From assembly GCA_020353355.1 (NCBI GenBank), contig CP070694.1, positions 3,801,822-3,865,821 of the forward strand: 64,000 nucleotides of DNA, read 5' to 3'. The stretch comes from Desulfobacterales bacterium (GTDB taxonomy: Bacteria; Desulfobacterota; Desulfobacteria; Desulfobacterales; JAHEIW01). Below, one piece after another: positions 1 to 9,830 of this stretch (positions are counted from its first letter, which is position 1; each line of letters begins with the position of its first letter). The notes under the pieces were generated by a model. That model was not told where the DNA came from and searched no databases. It saw only the letters and a list, made by a program, of their open reading frames with translations. A program made the translations under genes and the position numbers.

Positions 1-420
1 TGGTCAACCTGGAAATCCAAAGCGGAGATCAATGAAGCGCTAGAGATGCTTGAACGCGTCGGATTAAAGGATTTGGCTGACCGTCAAGCGGGGCTTTTGC
101 CACTGGGAAATCTGCGTCGGCTCGAAATCGCCAGAGCGCTGCTGGTGGGGCATAAACTTTTGTTGCTGGATGAATCTTTCTCCGGTTTACGCCACGAAGA
201 AATCGTCCAGCTGGAGGAACTTATCCGCAGTATCCGCGAAACCGGTATCACGGTGTTGTTGATCGAACACAATATGCGGGTGGCCATGGGCCTTTGTGAT
301 CGCCTCGTGGTGCTGGATCATGGCAGCAAAATTGCTGAAGGCCGTCCGCAAGAAATTCAGCAAAACGAAAAAGTCATAGAAGCTTACTTGGGTCGCAAGG
401 AGGCTTCCGATGCTGCTTGA
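1..420 (+). CDS. livG: Branched-chain amino acid ABC transporter ATP-binding protein (LivG type), 5' end outside the window
   Basis: The frame of ORF 46..420 stays open to base 1. It encodes the C-terminal half of an ABC ATPase: Walker B LLLLDES, H-loop LIEHNM and the LivG-type tail VIEAYLG. It overlaps the next ATPase gene by 11 nt. Confidence 0.85.
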   Translation, partial: WSTWKSKAEINEALEMLERVGLKDLADRQAGLLPLGNLRRLEIARALLVGHKLLLLDESFSGLRHEEIVQLEELIRSIRETGITVLLIEHNMRVAMGLCDRLVVLDHGSKIAEGRPQEIQQNEKVIEAYLGRKEASDAA

Positions 421-1120
421 TGCTCATGAGCTTCATATATCTTATGGAGATATCCGGGCCGTTAATGGCGTAAGTTTTGATCTTCAGGAGGGTGAACTGG
501 TTTCCATTATCGGTGCCAACGGTGCCGGAAAATCTTCCATTCTAAATGGAATTATGGGCATCGTCCCATTGCGAAAGGGCAGCATACATTTTGATACCGA
601 TGAAATCACGTCTTTGGCCACCCATCAGCGGGCAAAAGCCGGTATCCGCATGGTTCCGGAGAGAGCCAGAGTTTTTCCGCGCCTCACGGTATATGAAAAC
701 TTGATGGCCGGTGCCTATGGCCTGCGCAAACGCATCAAAATCGCAAAACAGATTGCCTGGCTGCATGATCTTTTCCCCATTTTAAAAGAACGAAATAATC
801 AACCGGCAAATACGCTTTCCGGAGGTGAGCAACAACAATTGTCCATCGCCCGTGCGCTGATCTCAGAGCCGAAACTGCTCTTGGTGGATGAAGTCTCAAT
901 GGGACTTATGCCCAAGCTGGTAGACCAGGTGTTCGAAGTGCTCAAACAGCTCAACCGGGATCATGGCCTTAGCATTTTAGTCGTGGAACAAAATGCCATG
1001 GCTTCCCTGAAAATTTCCCACCGAGCCTACGTGTTGGAGACGGGAACCTGCGTTCATGAAGGCAGAGCAAGCGAGTTGCTGGAGGATCCAAAGGTCAAAG
1101 AGGTTTATTTAGGTCACTAG
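410..1120 (+). CDS. livF: Branched-chain amino acid ABC transporter ATP-binding protein (LivF type)
   Basis: Walker A GANGAGKSS, signature LSGGEQQ, Walker B LLLVDE and VEQNA motif. Its length of 236 aa is typical of LivF. Confidence 0.9.
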   Translation: MLLDAHELHISYGDIRAVNGVSFDLQEGELVSIIGANGAGKSSILNGIMGIVPLRKGSIHFDTDEITSLATHQRAKAGIRMVPERARVFPRLTVYENLMAGAYGLRKRIKIAKQIAWLHDLFPILKERNNQPANTLSGGEQQQLSIARALISEPKLLLVDEVSMGLMPKLVDQVFEVLKQLNRDHGLSILVVEQNAMASLKISHRAYVLETGTCVHEGRASELLEDPKVKEVYLGH

Positions 1121-1123
1121 GGG

Positions 1124-1226
1124 TTTCTATTGTTTAGTTTTTGGTTTTTTGTTTTATGTACAGAAATTTTAAACTATATCTTAACCAAACACTAAACACT
1201 AAATACAAAACACATTTAACAAACAA
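1124..1226. repeat. Paired complementary degenerate heptamer arrays in the livF-SBP spacer
   Basis: Left array 1124-1158 has units tttctat/tgtttag/tttttgg/ttttttg/ttttatg, which are C-free. Right array 1185-1226 has units ccaaaca/ctaaaca/ctaaata/caaaaca/catttaa/caaacaa, which are G-free. Positions 1131-1146 and 1183-1198 are 15/16 complementary. Confidence 0.8.
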
Positions 1227-1240
1227 AAGGAGGTTAAAAA

Positions 1241-2392
1241 ATGAAAATCATTAGATTAGTCGGTTTTATTGTTCTTGCATGCTTATTGGCAACAGGAAGC
1301 GTCTTTGCAGCCGATACCATTAAAATCGGCCTGATGGCACCGCTGACCGGATTCGCCGCTGCCGATGGGGCCAGTGTGGATAATTCTGTAAAACTGGCGC
1401 TTGAGCGGGTCAACAACGAAGGCGGTGTGATAGGCAAAAAAGTTGAGCTCATTGTTTACGATGATCGCGCAGACGGCAAAGAGGCCGTGGCGGTGGCTCG
1501 CAAGCTCATTCAACAGGACCGGGTGATTGGCGTTGTCGCCGGATCTTACAGCACTCCCAGCCGGGCATCGGCCCCGATCTTCCAGGATGAAAAAATTCCC
1601 TTTGTGGCGGCCTATGCGGTTCATCCGGACATTACCAAAGCAGGCAATTATTGCTTCCGCAATGGATTTCTCGGAATGGTGGAAGGCAAATCCGCCGGTT
1701 ATGTTGCCGTTGAAATGGTGAAAGCAAAACGTATTGCCCTGATGACCACGGATAACGATTTTGGTCGCGAAATGGCGGCCGGTTTTAAGGATTATATCGA
1801 AAATCAGGGCAAAGGCGCAAAGATCGTTCTTGAGCAGACCTACCCCTTCCCAGAAAAAGATTACAAACCCTATCTCTCAAAAATCAAAGCGACAGAGGCT
1901 GATCTAATTGTGGTGAGCGGTTACTACTTTCACACGGCACCCATCCTCAAGCAGGCCAGAGAAATGGGAATTGACACCCAGGTTCTCGGTGAAGAAGGCG
2001 CCGACTCACCCAAAACGATAGAGATTGCCGGGAAGGCCTCAGAAGGCTTCATCATGGTAACCAACCTCAATCGGGATGATCCCAGGCCGGAGGTTCAACA
2101 TTTTCTGAAAGAATATGAAAGCCGCTATAAAATTCAGCCGGATATGGTCGGTGCATCAGCCTATGATGCGTTTATGATCATTTGCGAGGCCATTAAACGG
2201 GCCGGCAGCACGGACGGCGAGGCCATCCAGGCTGCCATTGCCGACACCAAAGATTTCAATGCCCTGACCGGTGTCATCAAAGGCTTTAACGACATCGGCG
2301 AGGTTGTCAAAGAAGTCCAGGTTCAGGTGGTAAAAGACGGCCGATTCCGCTATTATGGTGTTGTTACCGACATCAGTCTGATCACACCATAA
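1241..2392 (+). CDS. Periplasmic substrate-binding protein, LivK/LivJ (type I PBP, branched-chain amino acid) family
   Basis: AAGGAGG lies 7 nt upstream of the ATG. There is an N-terminal signal peptide (LLATGSVFAA). The protein is 383 aa with Leu/Ile/Val-binding-protein-like sequence and follows livGF. Confidence 0.85.
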   Translation: MKIIRLVGFIVLACLLATGSVFAADTIKIGLMAPLTGFAAADGASVDNSVKLALERVNNEGGVIGKKVELIVYDDRADGKEAVAVARKLIQQDRVIGVVAGSYSTPSRASAPIFQDEKIPFVAAYAVHPDITKAGNYCFRNGFLGMVEGKSAGYVAVEMVKAKRIALMTTDNDFGREMAAGFKDYIENQGKGAKIVLEQTYPFPEKDYKPYLSKIKATEADLIVVSGYYFHTAPILKQAREMGIDTQVLGEEGADSPKTIEIAGKASEGFIMVTNLNRDDPRPEVQHFLKEYESRYKIQPDMVGASAYDAFMIICEAIKRAGSTDGEAIQAAIADTKDFNALTGVIKGFNDIGEVVKEVQVQVVKDGRFRYYGVVTDISLITP

Positions 2393-2410
2393 CCGACTTG
2401 TTAGCAGCTA

Positions 2411-2449
2411 AGCCCCTCCGATTTTCCAGGGAGGGGCTTTTCTTTTTTT
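2411..2449 (+). terminator. Rho-independent terminator after the SBP gene
   Basis: Stem agcccctcc (2411-2419) pairs with ggaggggct (2430-2438), followed by ttttcttttttt. Confidence 0.8.
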
Positions 2450-2576
2450 GCTAAAGCAATGGGCCTTTCCTGCCGATGATATAAAGGTAGATACGTGTGC
2501 AGGTTGGGGTTAATTTCTTGTGGTTTTATGGATCACCCGATGTGTCGAATAAAATCAGCCGAAGGCCAAGTCCTTT

Positions 2577-4055
2577 ATGCTACTCATTCCACTGACGGAT
2601 AAAATCAGCTGGCGCAATCCACCCATCGTTACGATCTTCCTTATTCTGATCAACTGTTTGGTATACTTCATTTTTCAATTCAACGATAATCAAAAATATT
2701 TCGAGGCCGAGCAGTATTATTTTAATTCCGGGCTGGCCGAAATCGAAATCAAGCGCTATATCAGCTATCGCAGCCCTTCCAATAATGATCTATCGATATA
2801 TCACCCAAACGGCAAATTAGACGAAGACAACGCTTCCCGACAATATCAGGATATGATGAAGGATTATGCATATCTTGAAAAGCTCGTCCATGAGCAAATC
2901 ATTACGCCTCAGGATCCGGAATACTCACCATGGAGGCAATTACGAGATGAGTATGAGCATCGCCGCTCGGATATTGTTGCTTTAAATTACGGATTTATAC
3001 CTGCTAAATCCAAACCGGTTAGCTTTTTGACCCATATGTTTCTGCATGGTGGTTTGGGCCATTTGCTGGGAAATATGATTTTTCTCTGGCTGGTGGGCTG
3101 CATGCTGGAGATGGGCAGCGGCAGAACGTTTTACAGTGCGACATATATTCTTGCCGGTTTGGGCTCGGTGACGCTCTTCTGGCTCATTTATCCCCAGAGC
3201 CCGATTCCATTGGTGGGCGCCTCAGGAGCGATTTCGGGTCTCATGGGGGCCTTTACCGTTTTGTATTGCAAGAAAAAAGTAAAGATCTTCTACTCCCTGG
3301 GATTTTATTTTAATTATTTAAAGGCCCGCGCGATTATCCTTTTGCCGATCTGGTTTGCCAATGAATTCTACCAGCTATTTTTCGGTGATATTAGCAATGT
3401 GGCCTATGTGGCCCATATCGGCGGCTTAATTTCCGGAGCAATCCTGGGATTCATCAACCTGAAGGTTTTGCACTCCTTTAACCCTGATGTTCTCGAACCC
3501 GAACCTGAGGACGACGTATCGCCGATCATTGAAAAAGCATTGCGTCACATCCGACAACTGGACATGGAAAGCGGCGCCCAATTGCTGGAAATGGCCTTGG
3601 CGAAAGACCCCGATCACATCGATGCCATGACATACCTGTTCAATGTCCGTAAAGTCGAACCACAAGATCCGCGCTTTCATGGGATAGCCCAAAAACTATT
3701 GGATCGTCTAACGTCTGAAAACAACCATTATTCGTCAGCAGTAAAAATTTTTGACGATTACGCCAAATTGACCAAGCGACCACAGCTATCCGCAGATCTA
3801 TATTTAAAAATGATTGTGATTTTATCTCGATTAGGTCATCCCGAAAAAGCAGAGCGAATTTTGGCCATGTTTTTAAAACAAAAACCTGATTTACCGGGCA
3901 TTCCAACGGCCCTGCTTAAACTTGCAGCCGGATATCGACAAAAAGGCGTTAATGCCAGATATCAAAGATGCTTAAGAGTTCTCGGCAGCAAGTATCCCAA
4001 TTCCACCGAAGGACAAATCGCCAGACGAAGTCTCACCAAACCGAGCAGTGTTTAG
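2577..4055 (+). CDS. Rhomboid-family intramembrane serine protease with C-terminal TPR-like helical-repeat domain
   Basis: Rhomboid motifs are present: HMFLHGGLGHLLGN, the catalytic GASGAISGLMGA, and the His in AHIGGLISG. The C-terminal ~180 aa form a soluble helical-repeat region. Confidence 0.85.
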   Translation: MLLIPLTDKISWRNPPIVTIFLILINCLVYFIFQFNDNQKYFEAEQYYFNSGLAEIEIKRYISYRSPSNNDLSIYHPNGKLDEDNASRQYQDMMKDYAYLEKLVHEQIITPQDPEYSPWRQLRDEYEHRRSDIVALNYGFIPAKSKPVSFLTHMFLHGGLGHLLGNMIFLWLVGCMLEMGSGRTFYSATYILAGLGSVTLFWLIYPQSPIPLVGASGAISGLMGAFTVLYCKKKVKIFYSLGFYFNYLKARAIILLPIWFANEFYQLFFGDISNVAYVAHIGGLISGAILGFINLKVLHSFNPDVLEPEPEDDVSPIIEKALRHIRQLDMESGAQLLEMALAKDPDHIDAMTYLFNVRKVEPQDPRFHGIAQKLLDRLTSENNHYSSAVKIFDDYAKLTKRPQLSADLYLKMIVILSRLGHPEKAERILAMFLKQKPDLPGIPTALLKLAAGYRQKGVNARYQRCLRVLGSKYPNSTEGQIARRSLTKPSSV

Positions 4056-4232
4056 CTTTAAGCCGTACCCTATTTTGGATCCCCCCTAAAAGCATGCGTC
4101 TTTCTAAGTTAATAGGAAAATTTTCGCGACCTTTTTCCATGTGATCAGCACAATTTGTGTGAAATGTTCTGCCTCAAATGGGAAGAAATTTTTATCGTCT
4201 GATTTGATGATGCGTGATCGCCTATTGTCATG

Positions 4233-5663
4233 CTAGAAGTTCGCCAGATAATTTTCAACAACGGGGATAATGTCATGATGAGGGTATTTTTGTTTTAGTG
4301 CATCCAGCATTTTCTTAGACTTTTCGGCGTTCATTAGACGATCATGAAATATCTGGGCCACACGAAAATAGGCTTTCGGAACAATAGGATTTTGGGGATA
4401 GGATTTAACCAGGCGGTTGTAAGTATTCAACGCCTCTTTGATTTTTCCGGTTTCATTCAGCCAGCCGCCTAACTTGAACAGCGCATCTGCGCCTGGAAGA
4501 AAATCCGGCTTTGATTTCAAACATTCCACGTAAACCATTAACGCCTTATTTTTATTATTCGCGCCGACTAGCAAGTCCACGTGATGAGCTCCGTGCTCGA
4601 GCAACTCCTCGGTCCGCTTTCGCATTTTTAACAGATTGTAATACCGTTCCGATAGTTTTATACCTTTAATCCCCTGGGCCTGTGTCATTGACTTGATTTG
4701 TGCAATGGCTTCATCAAGTTTGCCATCCTGAATGAGCGGATTGACGACATTTAAAATCGCCACGTCGGGATCAGCTTTTTGGGGCTGATGAACCTCGGTG
4801 GAGGGATCCTGAAAATCCTCATAATCGACTTGATATCCAATTCTATCGTGGTACTGCAGGATCACATACCCCATTAGATGGTAAGAAACGATGGTATAAA
4901 AGCTTTCCGCAAAATGAGACAGCATGAGATGCATGCCGGACGGAAAGAATTTTATAATGTAATGGGCCAGAAAAGCCGGTGCCGTTCCCAACAGGAACAG
5001 GAAAAAATACATCAACAAATAGGCCCAGCCGATCCTGAAGGTCAAACCCACGAAGGCAACGGGATTGAGTGCATTCAAAAGACTACCGCTGGTGGCCAAG
5101 AGAATGATCATCGAGGGAATAAAAAAAAGCGCTATAATCAGAAAACCAAAGCCGAGAAATGGATGGGCTGCTGCGGTGATAAAACCAAATGCAAAGAAAA
5201 TAATCAAATACAGTAAAAACTGTTTGAAAACCAGATTGATGTCATCGGATATGGTGCTGGAGTTGAACGGTGGCGGTTTCAGATTACCTTTGGCGGTGGC
5301 TTTCAGGGATTCAAACGAATACTTCAACACCATAAACCAAAATATCCCGCGGATTAGGGCCATAATTAAACCGGGACCCGATAAAAATAACGAGACAACC
5401 GCTACAACGCATATAAGAATCAAGGGTGACGGGGAGAACGGATAGGTAAATATTCGTGGCAAGCGTTTCCAGAAAGGCTCGATGAGATTCGCCGCTCCAA
5501 CCCAGTCAACCGGAAGATTGCATTTCGGACAAAAATGAAGAACTTTCTGTGCGAAATTCCCGCCTTCACGCTCCGAAACACATTCGGGGCATAAATAGCC
5601 GCCGCATTGCGCGCAACTCCAGTGTGCCAGTCGTGTGGGGTGGGAATTACAAAATTTTTTCAT
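4233..5663 (-). CDS. Membrane protein with N-terminal Cys-rich zinc-ribbon/B-box-like domain, polytopic core and C-terminal TPR-like repeats
   Basis: N-terminus carries CxxC...CxxC...CxxC (CAQCGGYLCPEC..CPKC). Several hydrophobic helices follow, and the C-terminal region is helical-repeat. It is convergent with the rhomboid gene. Confidence 0.6.
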   Translation of the reverse strand: MKKFCNSHPTRLAHWSCAQCGGYLCPECVSEREGGNFAQKVLHFCPKCNLPVDWVGAANLIEPFWKRLPRIFTYPFSPSPLILICVVAVVSLFLSGPGLIMALIRGIFWFMVLKYSFESLKATAKGNLKPPPFNSSTISDDINLVFKQFLLYLIIFFAFGFITAAAHPFLGFGFLIIALFFIPSMIILLATSGSLLNALNPVAFVGLTFRIGWAYLLMYFFLFLLGTAPAFLAHYIIKFFPSGMHLMLSHFAESFYTIVSYHLMGYVILQYHDRIGYQVDYEDFQDPSTEVHQPQKADPDVAILNVVNPLIQDGKLDEAIAQIKSMTQAQGIKGIKLSERYYNLLKMRKRTEELLEHGAHHVDLLVGANNKNKALMVYVECLKSKPDFLPGADALFKLGGWLNETGKIKEALNTYNRLVKSYPQNPIVPKAYFRVAQIFHDRLMNAEKSKKMLDALKQKYPHHDIIPVVENYLANF

Positions 5664-5989
5664 TTTGAATCATCGCTTCAGTTGTCAAATGTCCACAAAC
5701 ATGCCGAAAATTGTCGGTTCCTTCACACGGGAGTTAGATCCAATTACAATACCCATCTTTTGTATCGGCAAAAAAATCAAAATCTTAAGGTTAAAAATCT
5801 GCGAATCTCTGTATTTTCGCGGGGAAGGGCTGAAGCGTAGGGGATGAACTTGTGGATAATTTGCGGGCTGAGTATGCCAGGGTGGTGGATGCAACCAAAG
5901 GGGCAGTCAAGGTTCAAAAGGCGCCAATATCCTGAACTGCTGATTTACGGAAAAACCGCAGGATGGCGTTTCGGATCAGATACCTACCA

Positions 5990-6220
5990 TCACTCAACAA
6001 TCTCAAGTATGTATCTTTTCCCGGCCTTTCCAGAAGCGGCACTTAATATGGTCCGAATTGCCTGGGCGGTTCTGCCCTGTTTGCCAATGACCTTTCCCAT
6101 ATCCGTCCTTGCCACTCTGATTTCTAAAACCGAAGTATAATCAGCAACAATTTCATTCACTTTTACCTCTTCCGGTTGATCAACGAGTGCTTTGACAATT
6201 TCAGTGACCAGATCCTTCAT
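5990..6220 (-). CDS. KH-domain RNA-binding protein (YlqC/UPF0109 family)
   Basis: 76 aa with the [18 protein letters not shown] GxxG KH motif. AGGAGGTGG lies upstream of the ATG. Confidence 0.85.
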   Translation of the reverse strand: MKDLVTEIVKALVDQPEEVKVNEIVADYTSVLEIRVARTDMGKVIGKQGRTAQAIRTILSAASGKAGKRYILEIVE

Positions 6221-6344
6221 ATCCCACCTCCTCTGTAATCTATAGGCTATTCAGGACCAAATTACAATGAACTTTCATCGATATGCAATAAAATAAGTTC
6301 ATCGCCATATTCGCAGACCGGATCCTATCGCAAAATAAGATCAC

Positions 6345-6375
6345 AAAAGAAAAAGGGCGACTTCGAAAAGCCGCC
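6345..6375 (-). terminator. Putative Rho-independent terminator downstream of the Opp/metallophosphoesterase operon
   Basis: The minus strand reads gggcggc-ttttcgaa-gtcgccc followed by tttttcttt. Confidence 0.5.
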
Positions 6376-6574
6376 CTGTATGGTGCAGAACATCAACACT
6401 ACCTTAATCAATCCAGCTCCAGAAGCACCGATGTCCTATTAAAAGAACAAAAATTAAATGTCAAGCCTTTTTCTTGAAATAATCGAAAGTTTACCAGACG
6501 CTAAATGCAGTTTATTCAATCTTGTCGTTTCTCAAAAATCATTCGGCAAAGACGGGGCGAGGCTGAAGCCGCTT

Positions 6575-7429
6575 CTAAGAGAAGGTGATGGTTTTAAAAG
6601 CCCGTCCAACTTCGATGATAGGATCATCATTGTTTCTCCATTGACTGGCATAGTTCAAACAGTTGCAGATAAACACAGTGTTTTCATACCTCCGTTGCAT
6701 CCGATAATGCACGTGACCGCAGATTGAATAGGCAACCGAATATTTTAAGGCAAGCCGGCCGTACTGTCTGCTGCCCAGAAAGGCATTCAGGTATTGCCAC
6801 ATCCGATTCGCTGGTCGGACGGTAAAATCCGCCAGCGGCAATACATGCGTGACCAAGACAATCTTTTTATCCTGATGATGTTGTACCTGTTGCTCAAGTT
6901 TACGATAGAAGTGCTGGTGCATCTCGATGGTCGATTTTCCCCAGTTGGTGTTTAGCTTGTCCTGCCAGACACGCCCATTAATTATCATCCGATCAAAGTC
7001 TCCAATTGTGTATTGCCGGCTGCCAAAGGAGTAATCGTACCAACCGATATCCCCGATAACAATCCAGCCGCTGGCCAACTCATGGGGACCGTTTGAAAGA
7101 TTACCCTGGAATTTCTGCAAAGCGTTATAGGTATCCCAGGAAGTTTTGGCAGGATGCTGTTCGTTCCAGATATCATGATTGCCCGGTACAAACAGGCAAG
7201 ACACACCCGTCGAATCCTCAAGGGAATGCAGCACCTGCAAAGTGAGCTCATAATCATTGGCAATATCGCCGGCAATGATCATCATATCAACGCGGTTTTC
7301 CTTGATGGCTACGGCAAGTCCCTCTAAAACCCCATCGGGGGTCCGGTGATCAATATCGACATGAATGTCTGATAGGATTCCGACTTTCATAATTTTCTGT
7401 TTTTCCCGTGCGCCCTGTGCCGTATTCAA
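6575..7429 (-). CDS. Calcineurin-like metallophosphoesterase
   Basis: Motifs DIHVD, GDIAND, GNHD and GHVH are present. The start is either TTG at 7429 or ATG at 7390 (MKVGILSDIH). Confidence 0.8.
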   Translation of the reverse strand: MNTAQGAREKQKIMKVGILSDIHVDIDHRTPDGVLEGLAVAIKENRVDMMIIAGDIANDYELTLQVLHSLEDSTGVSCLFVPGNHDIWNEQHPAKTSWDTYNALQKFQGNLSNGPHELASGWIVIGDIGWYDYSFGSRQYTIGDFDRMIINGRVWQDKLNTNWGKSTIEMHQHFYRKLEQQVQHHQDKKIVLVTHVLPLADFTVRPANRMWQYLNAFLGSRQYGRLALKYSVAYSICGHVHYRMQRRYENTVFICNCLNYASQWRNNDDPIIEVGRAFKTITFS

Positions 7430-7433
7430 TTGG

Positions 7434-7461
7434 TCTCCAACCTCAAACCTCCAACCTAAAG
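7434..7461. repeat. Degenerate heptamer array (4 units)
   Basis: Units tctccaa/cctcaaa/cctccaa/cctaaag, G-poor on the plus strand. It fills the 36-nt spacer between the permease stop and the phosphoesterase start. Confidence 0.7.
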
Positions 7462-7465
7462 CACA

Positions 7466-8272
7466 TTAAAGCTTCGGATTTAATTTTTCCGACAGCGCAT
7501 CTCCCAAAACATTGAAGCTCAAAACCGTCAAGGCCAGCACCGTCCCCGGATAGATGGCCATCCAAGGAGCCAGCACCAGATAATTACGAGCATCTTTGAG
7601 CATCAAACCCCAGCTGGGATCCGGCGGCTGGGTGCCCAAGCCCAAATACGATAGAGATGCTTCAATGACCACGGTGAGTGCAAACGTAATCGAACATTGT
7701 ACGATCACTTTGCCGAGCAGGTTGGGAATAATATGCTTATAGACGGTTTTAATCATCGGCGTTCCAAGTGCACGGGAGGCTTCGACATAGGATTCGGTTT
7801 TAATTGCCAGTGTTTCTGCCCGCACCAAGCGCGCGAACACCGGACTGAAAATCACGCCGATGGCCAGCATAACCTGCAGCAGACCGTACCCGAGAAAGGA
7901 AACCACCGTTATGGCCAACAGGATCGTCGGAAAAGACAGCAGGCTGTCCATCAGCAACATGAGAAAATTATCAATAAATCGCCCGGCCATGCCTGCCAGC
8001 AACCCCACAACCGACCCGATCAAAACGGCAATGGAAACCGCTACAATTCCCACCAGCAAAGCTGAACGAGAGCCGTAAATTACCCGGCTTAAAATATCGC
8101 GACCGAAATTATCGGTTCCCAAAAAATGCGCTTTGCTGGACGGCGAAAAGCGCTCGTCCAAATTTTGAAAAACCGGGTTGTACGGTGCAATAGAGGGAGC
8201 TGCCACGGCGGCAACTCCCAGGATTACAATGTAACCGATAGATATAACTAATAATGTGTTTCGCTTTTTCAT
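7466..8272 (-). CDS. ABC transporter permease, OppC/DppC type (peptide/nickel family)
   Basis: 268 aa with six predicted TM helices and a binding-protein-dependent transport signature region. It sits within the Opp-type operon. Confidence 0.85.
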   Translation of the reverse strand: MKKRNTLLVISIGYIVILGVAAVAAPSIAPYNPVFQNLDERFSPSSKAHFLGTDNFGRDILSRVIYGSRSALLVGIVAVSIAVLIGSVVGLLAGMAGRFIDNFLMLLMDSLLSFPTILLAITVVSFLGYGLLQVMLAIGVIFSPVFARLVRAETLAIKTESYVEASRALGTPMIKTVYKHIIPNLLGKVIVQCSITFALTVVIEASLSYLGLGTQPPDPSWGLMLKDARNYLVLAPWMAIYPGTVLALTVLSFNVLGDALSEKLNPKL

Positions 8273-8278
8273 CGGTAA

Positions 8279-9793
8279 CTATTTCAGTGTGGTCCATCTG
8301 AAATCAAAGGTATCCAGGATGGGAGTCATCCTAAAATCGGACACATTTTTGCGCACGGGAACATGCCGGAAGGATGTCCCCAGGTACATAAATGGACCTT
8401 CTTTGGCCATGAGCTCCAGGACTTCGTCATAAAGCATTTTTCTATTTTCAAATCCGGATACGGTTTTGGCTTTATCAATCAGTTCGGCAGCCCGCGGATT
8501 TATCCACTTCACATAGCGCCCCTCCGTTCCGTAGCCACCCAGAGTACCATCCGGATCGAGTTTTCCGGTGTGTCCGATAACGGTTAAATCGTACTTGGCA
8601 CCTCGATAAACATCACTGATCCAGGTAGACCAGTCAACCAGCTTAATTTTGACGTTGAGTCCCACCTGGCTGAGCATGGCCTGGTACATTTCACCGGCTT
8701 TGACATGCAATTCGTAGTTTTGCGGCAAAAACAGCTCAAGGGTTGTATCCTTGCCGACCCCAGCTTCAGCCAGCAGCTTCTTGGCTTTTTCGGGATCGAA
8801 CGGGTAGAGATGGGTGAAATCCTTGTAATAGGCATTGCCGTAATCCATAAAGGTGCCGATGATTCTCCCCTCACTGTAGGCGACATCCAAAACTTGTTGC
8901 TTGTCAATGGCATGGTTGATGGCCTGCCTGACACGCACATCCTTTAGGACCGGATGGCTGCAATTCATGGACATCACCAAGATCAAGGAAGTCAACGATT
9001 TGTTTATTTTCACATCCGGGCTGTCTTGCAGCAACGGAAGGTCGTCTTTGTCGACAAATTCGGCTGCATCGATCTGGCCGGCGAGAAGACCTTGTACCTG
9101 CACCGCCCGTTCCGGAATAATATGCAGAATAACCTGATCCAATTTGGGAAGGCCCTTCATCCAGTAGTTCTTGTTTTTTTCCAGCACGATCTGGCTGTCC
9201 CGTACCCAATTTTTCAGCCGGAACGGCCCCGTACCTACCGGCTGGTTGGCAAAATCGTGCCCGCCATCAATCAGACGCTTGGGCAATATGGCACCCCAGC
9301 CTGAAGCCAGCGACGCCAGCAGGGGTGAAAGCGGTTCCTTCAGCTTTAAAACAACCGTGGTATCATCAGGGGTTTCAATGGCGGTGATGGCGGCAAACTC
9401 TTTGGCTTTGGGCGAGGCGGTGGCCTTATCGGTTAGCCGTTCCAAGGTCGCTTTGACATCTTTTGAGGTCAGTTTATCGCCATTGTGAAAGACGACACCT
9501 TTTCGAAGATAAAACGTCCAGGTTAAGGCATCATCGGACACTTCCCATCTCTCGGCAAGTGCCGGCACAATCCGACCACTCATATCCGGCTCTGCCAGGG
9601 TGTCATAGATGCTCTTTAAGGTCTGAAACGTCAGCGTCCCGGAGGTTTTATGAGGATCCAACGTATCGGGGTTTCCGGATAACGCAAAATTTAAGGCTTT
9701 GGCTGCGGCAACTCCGGGGAATGCGATCAGCCCTCCAATGATAAGCACCATAAAAGCAAGACCAGTTGTTCGTATAATCAAATTATTCATCAC
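8279..9793 (-). CDS. ABC transporter substrate-binding protein, family 5 (peptide/nickel/opine type)
   Basis: 504 aa with a signal peptide (IAFPGVAAA) and SBP_bac_5-like sequence (LDPHKTSGT, VVFHNGDKLTSKDV). Confidence 0.85.
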   Translation of the reverse strand: MMNNLIIRTTGLAFMVLIIGGLIAFPGVAAAKALNFALSGNPDTLDPHKTSGTLTFQTLKSIYDTLAEPDMSGRIVPALAERWEVSDDALTWTFYLRKGVVFHNGDKLTSKDVKATLERLTDKATASPKAKEFAAITAIETPDDTTVVLKLKEPLSPLLASLASGWGAILPKRLIDGGHDFANQPVGTGPFRLKNWVRDSQIVLEKNKNYWMKGLPKLDQVILHIIPERAVQVQGLLAGQIDAAEFVDKDDLPLLQDSPDVKINKSLTSLILVMSMNCSHPVLKDVRVRQAINHAIDKQQVLDVAYSEGRIIGTFMDYGNAYYKDFTHLYPFDPEKAKKLLAEAGVGKDTTLELFLPQNYELHVKAGEMYQAMLSQVGLNVKIKLVDWSTWISDVYRGAKYDLTVIGHTGKLDPDGTLGGYGTEGRYVKWINPRAAELIDKAKTVSGFENRKMLYDEVLELMAKEGPFMYLGTSFRHVPVRKNVSDFRMTPILDTFDFRWTTLK

Positions 9794-9830
9794 CCTCTCC
9801 TTTCTCTTTTAGCTAAATGATTGAATACTT

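Noticed and set aside
5065-5445. Plus-strand ORFs 4878..5216 and 5065..5445, and similar antisense ORFs throughout the track (for example 7697..8065, 10317..11106, 30044..30550, 40416..41090, 41843..42382)
   Set aside because: All of them lie inside, and antisense or out of frame to, genes with strong family signatures. Their translations are low-complexity.
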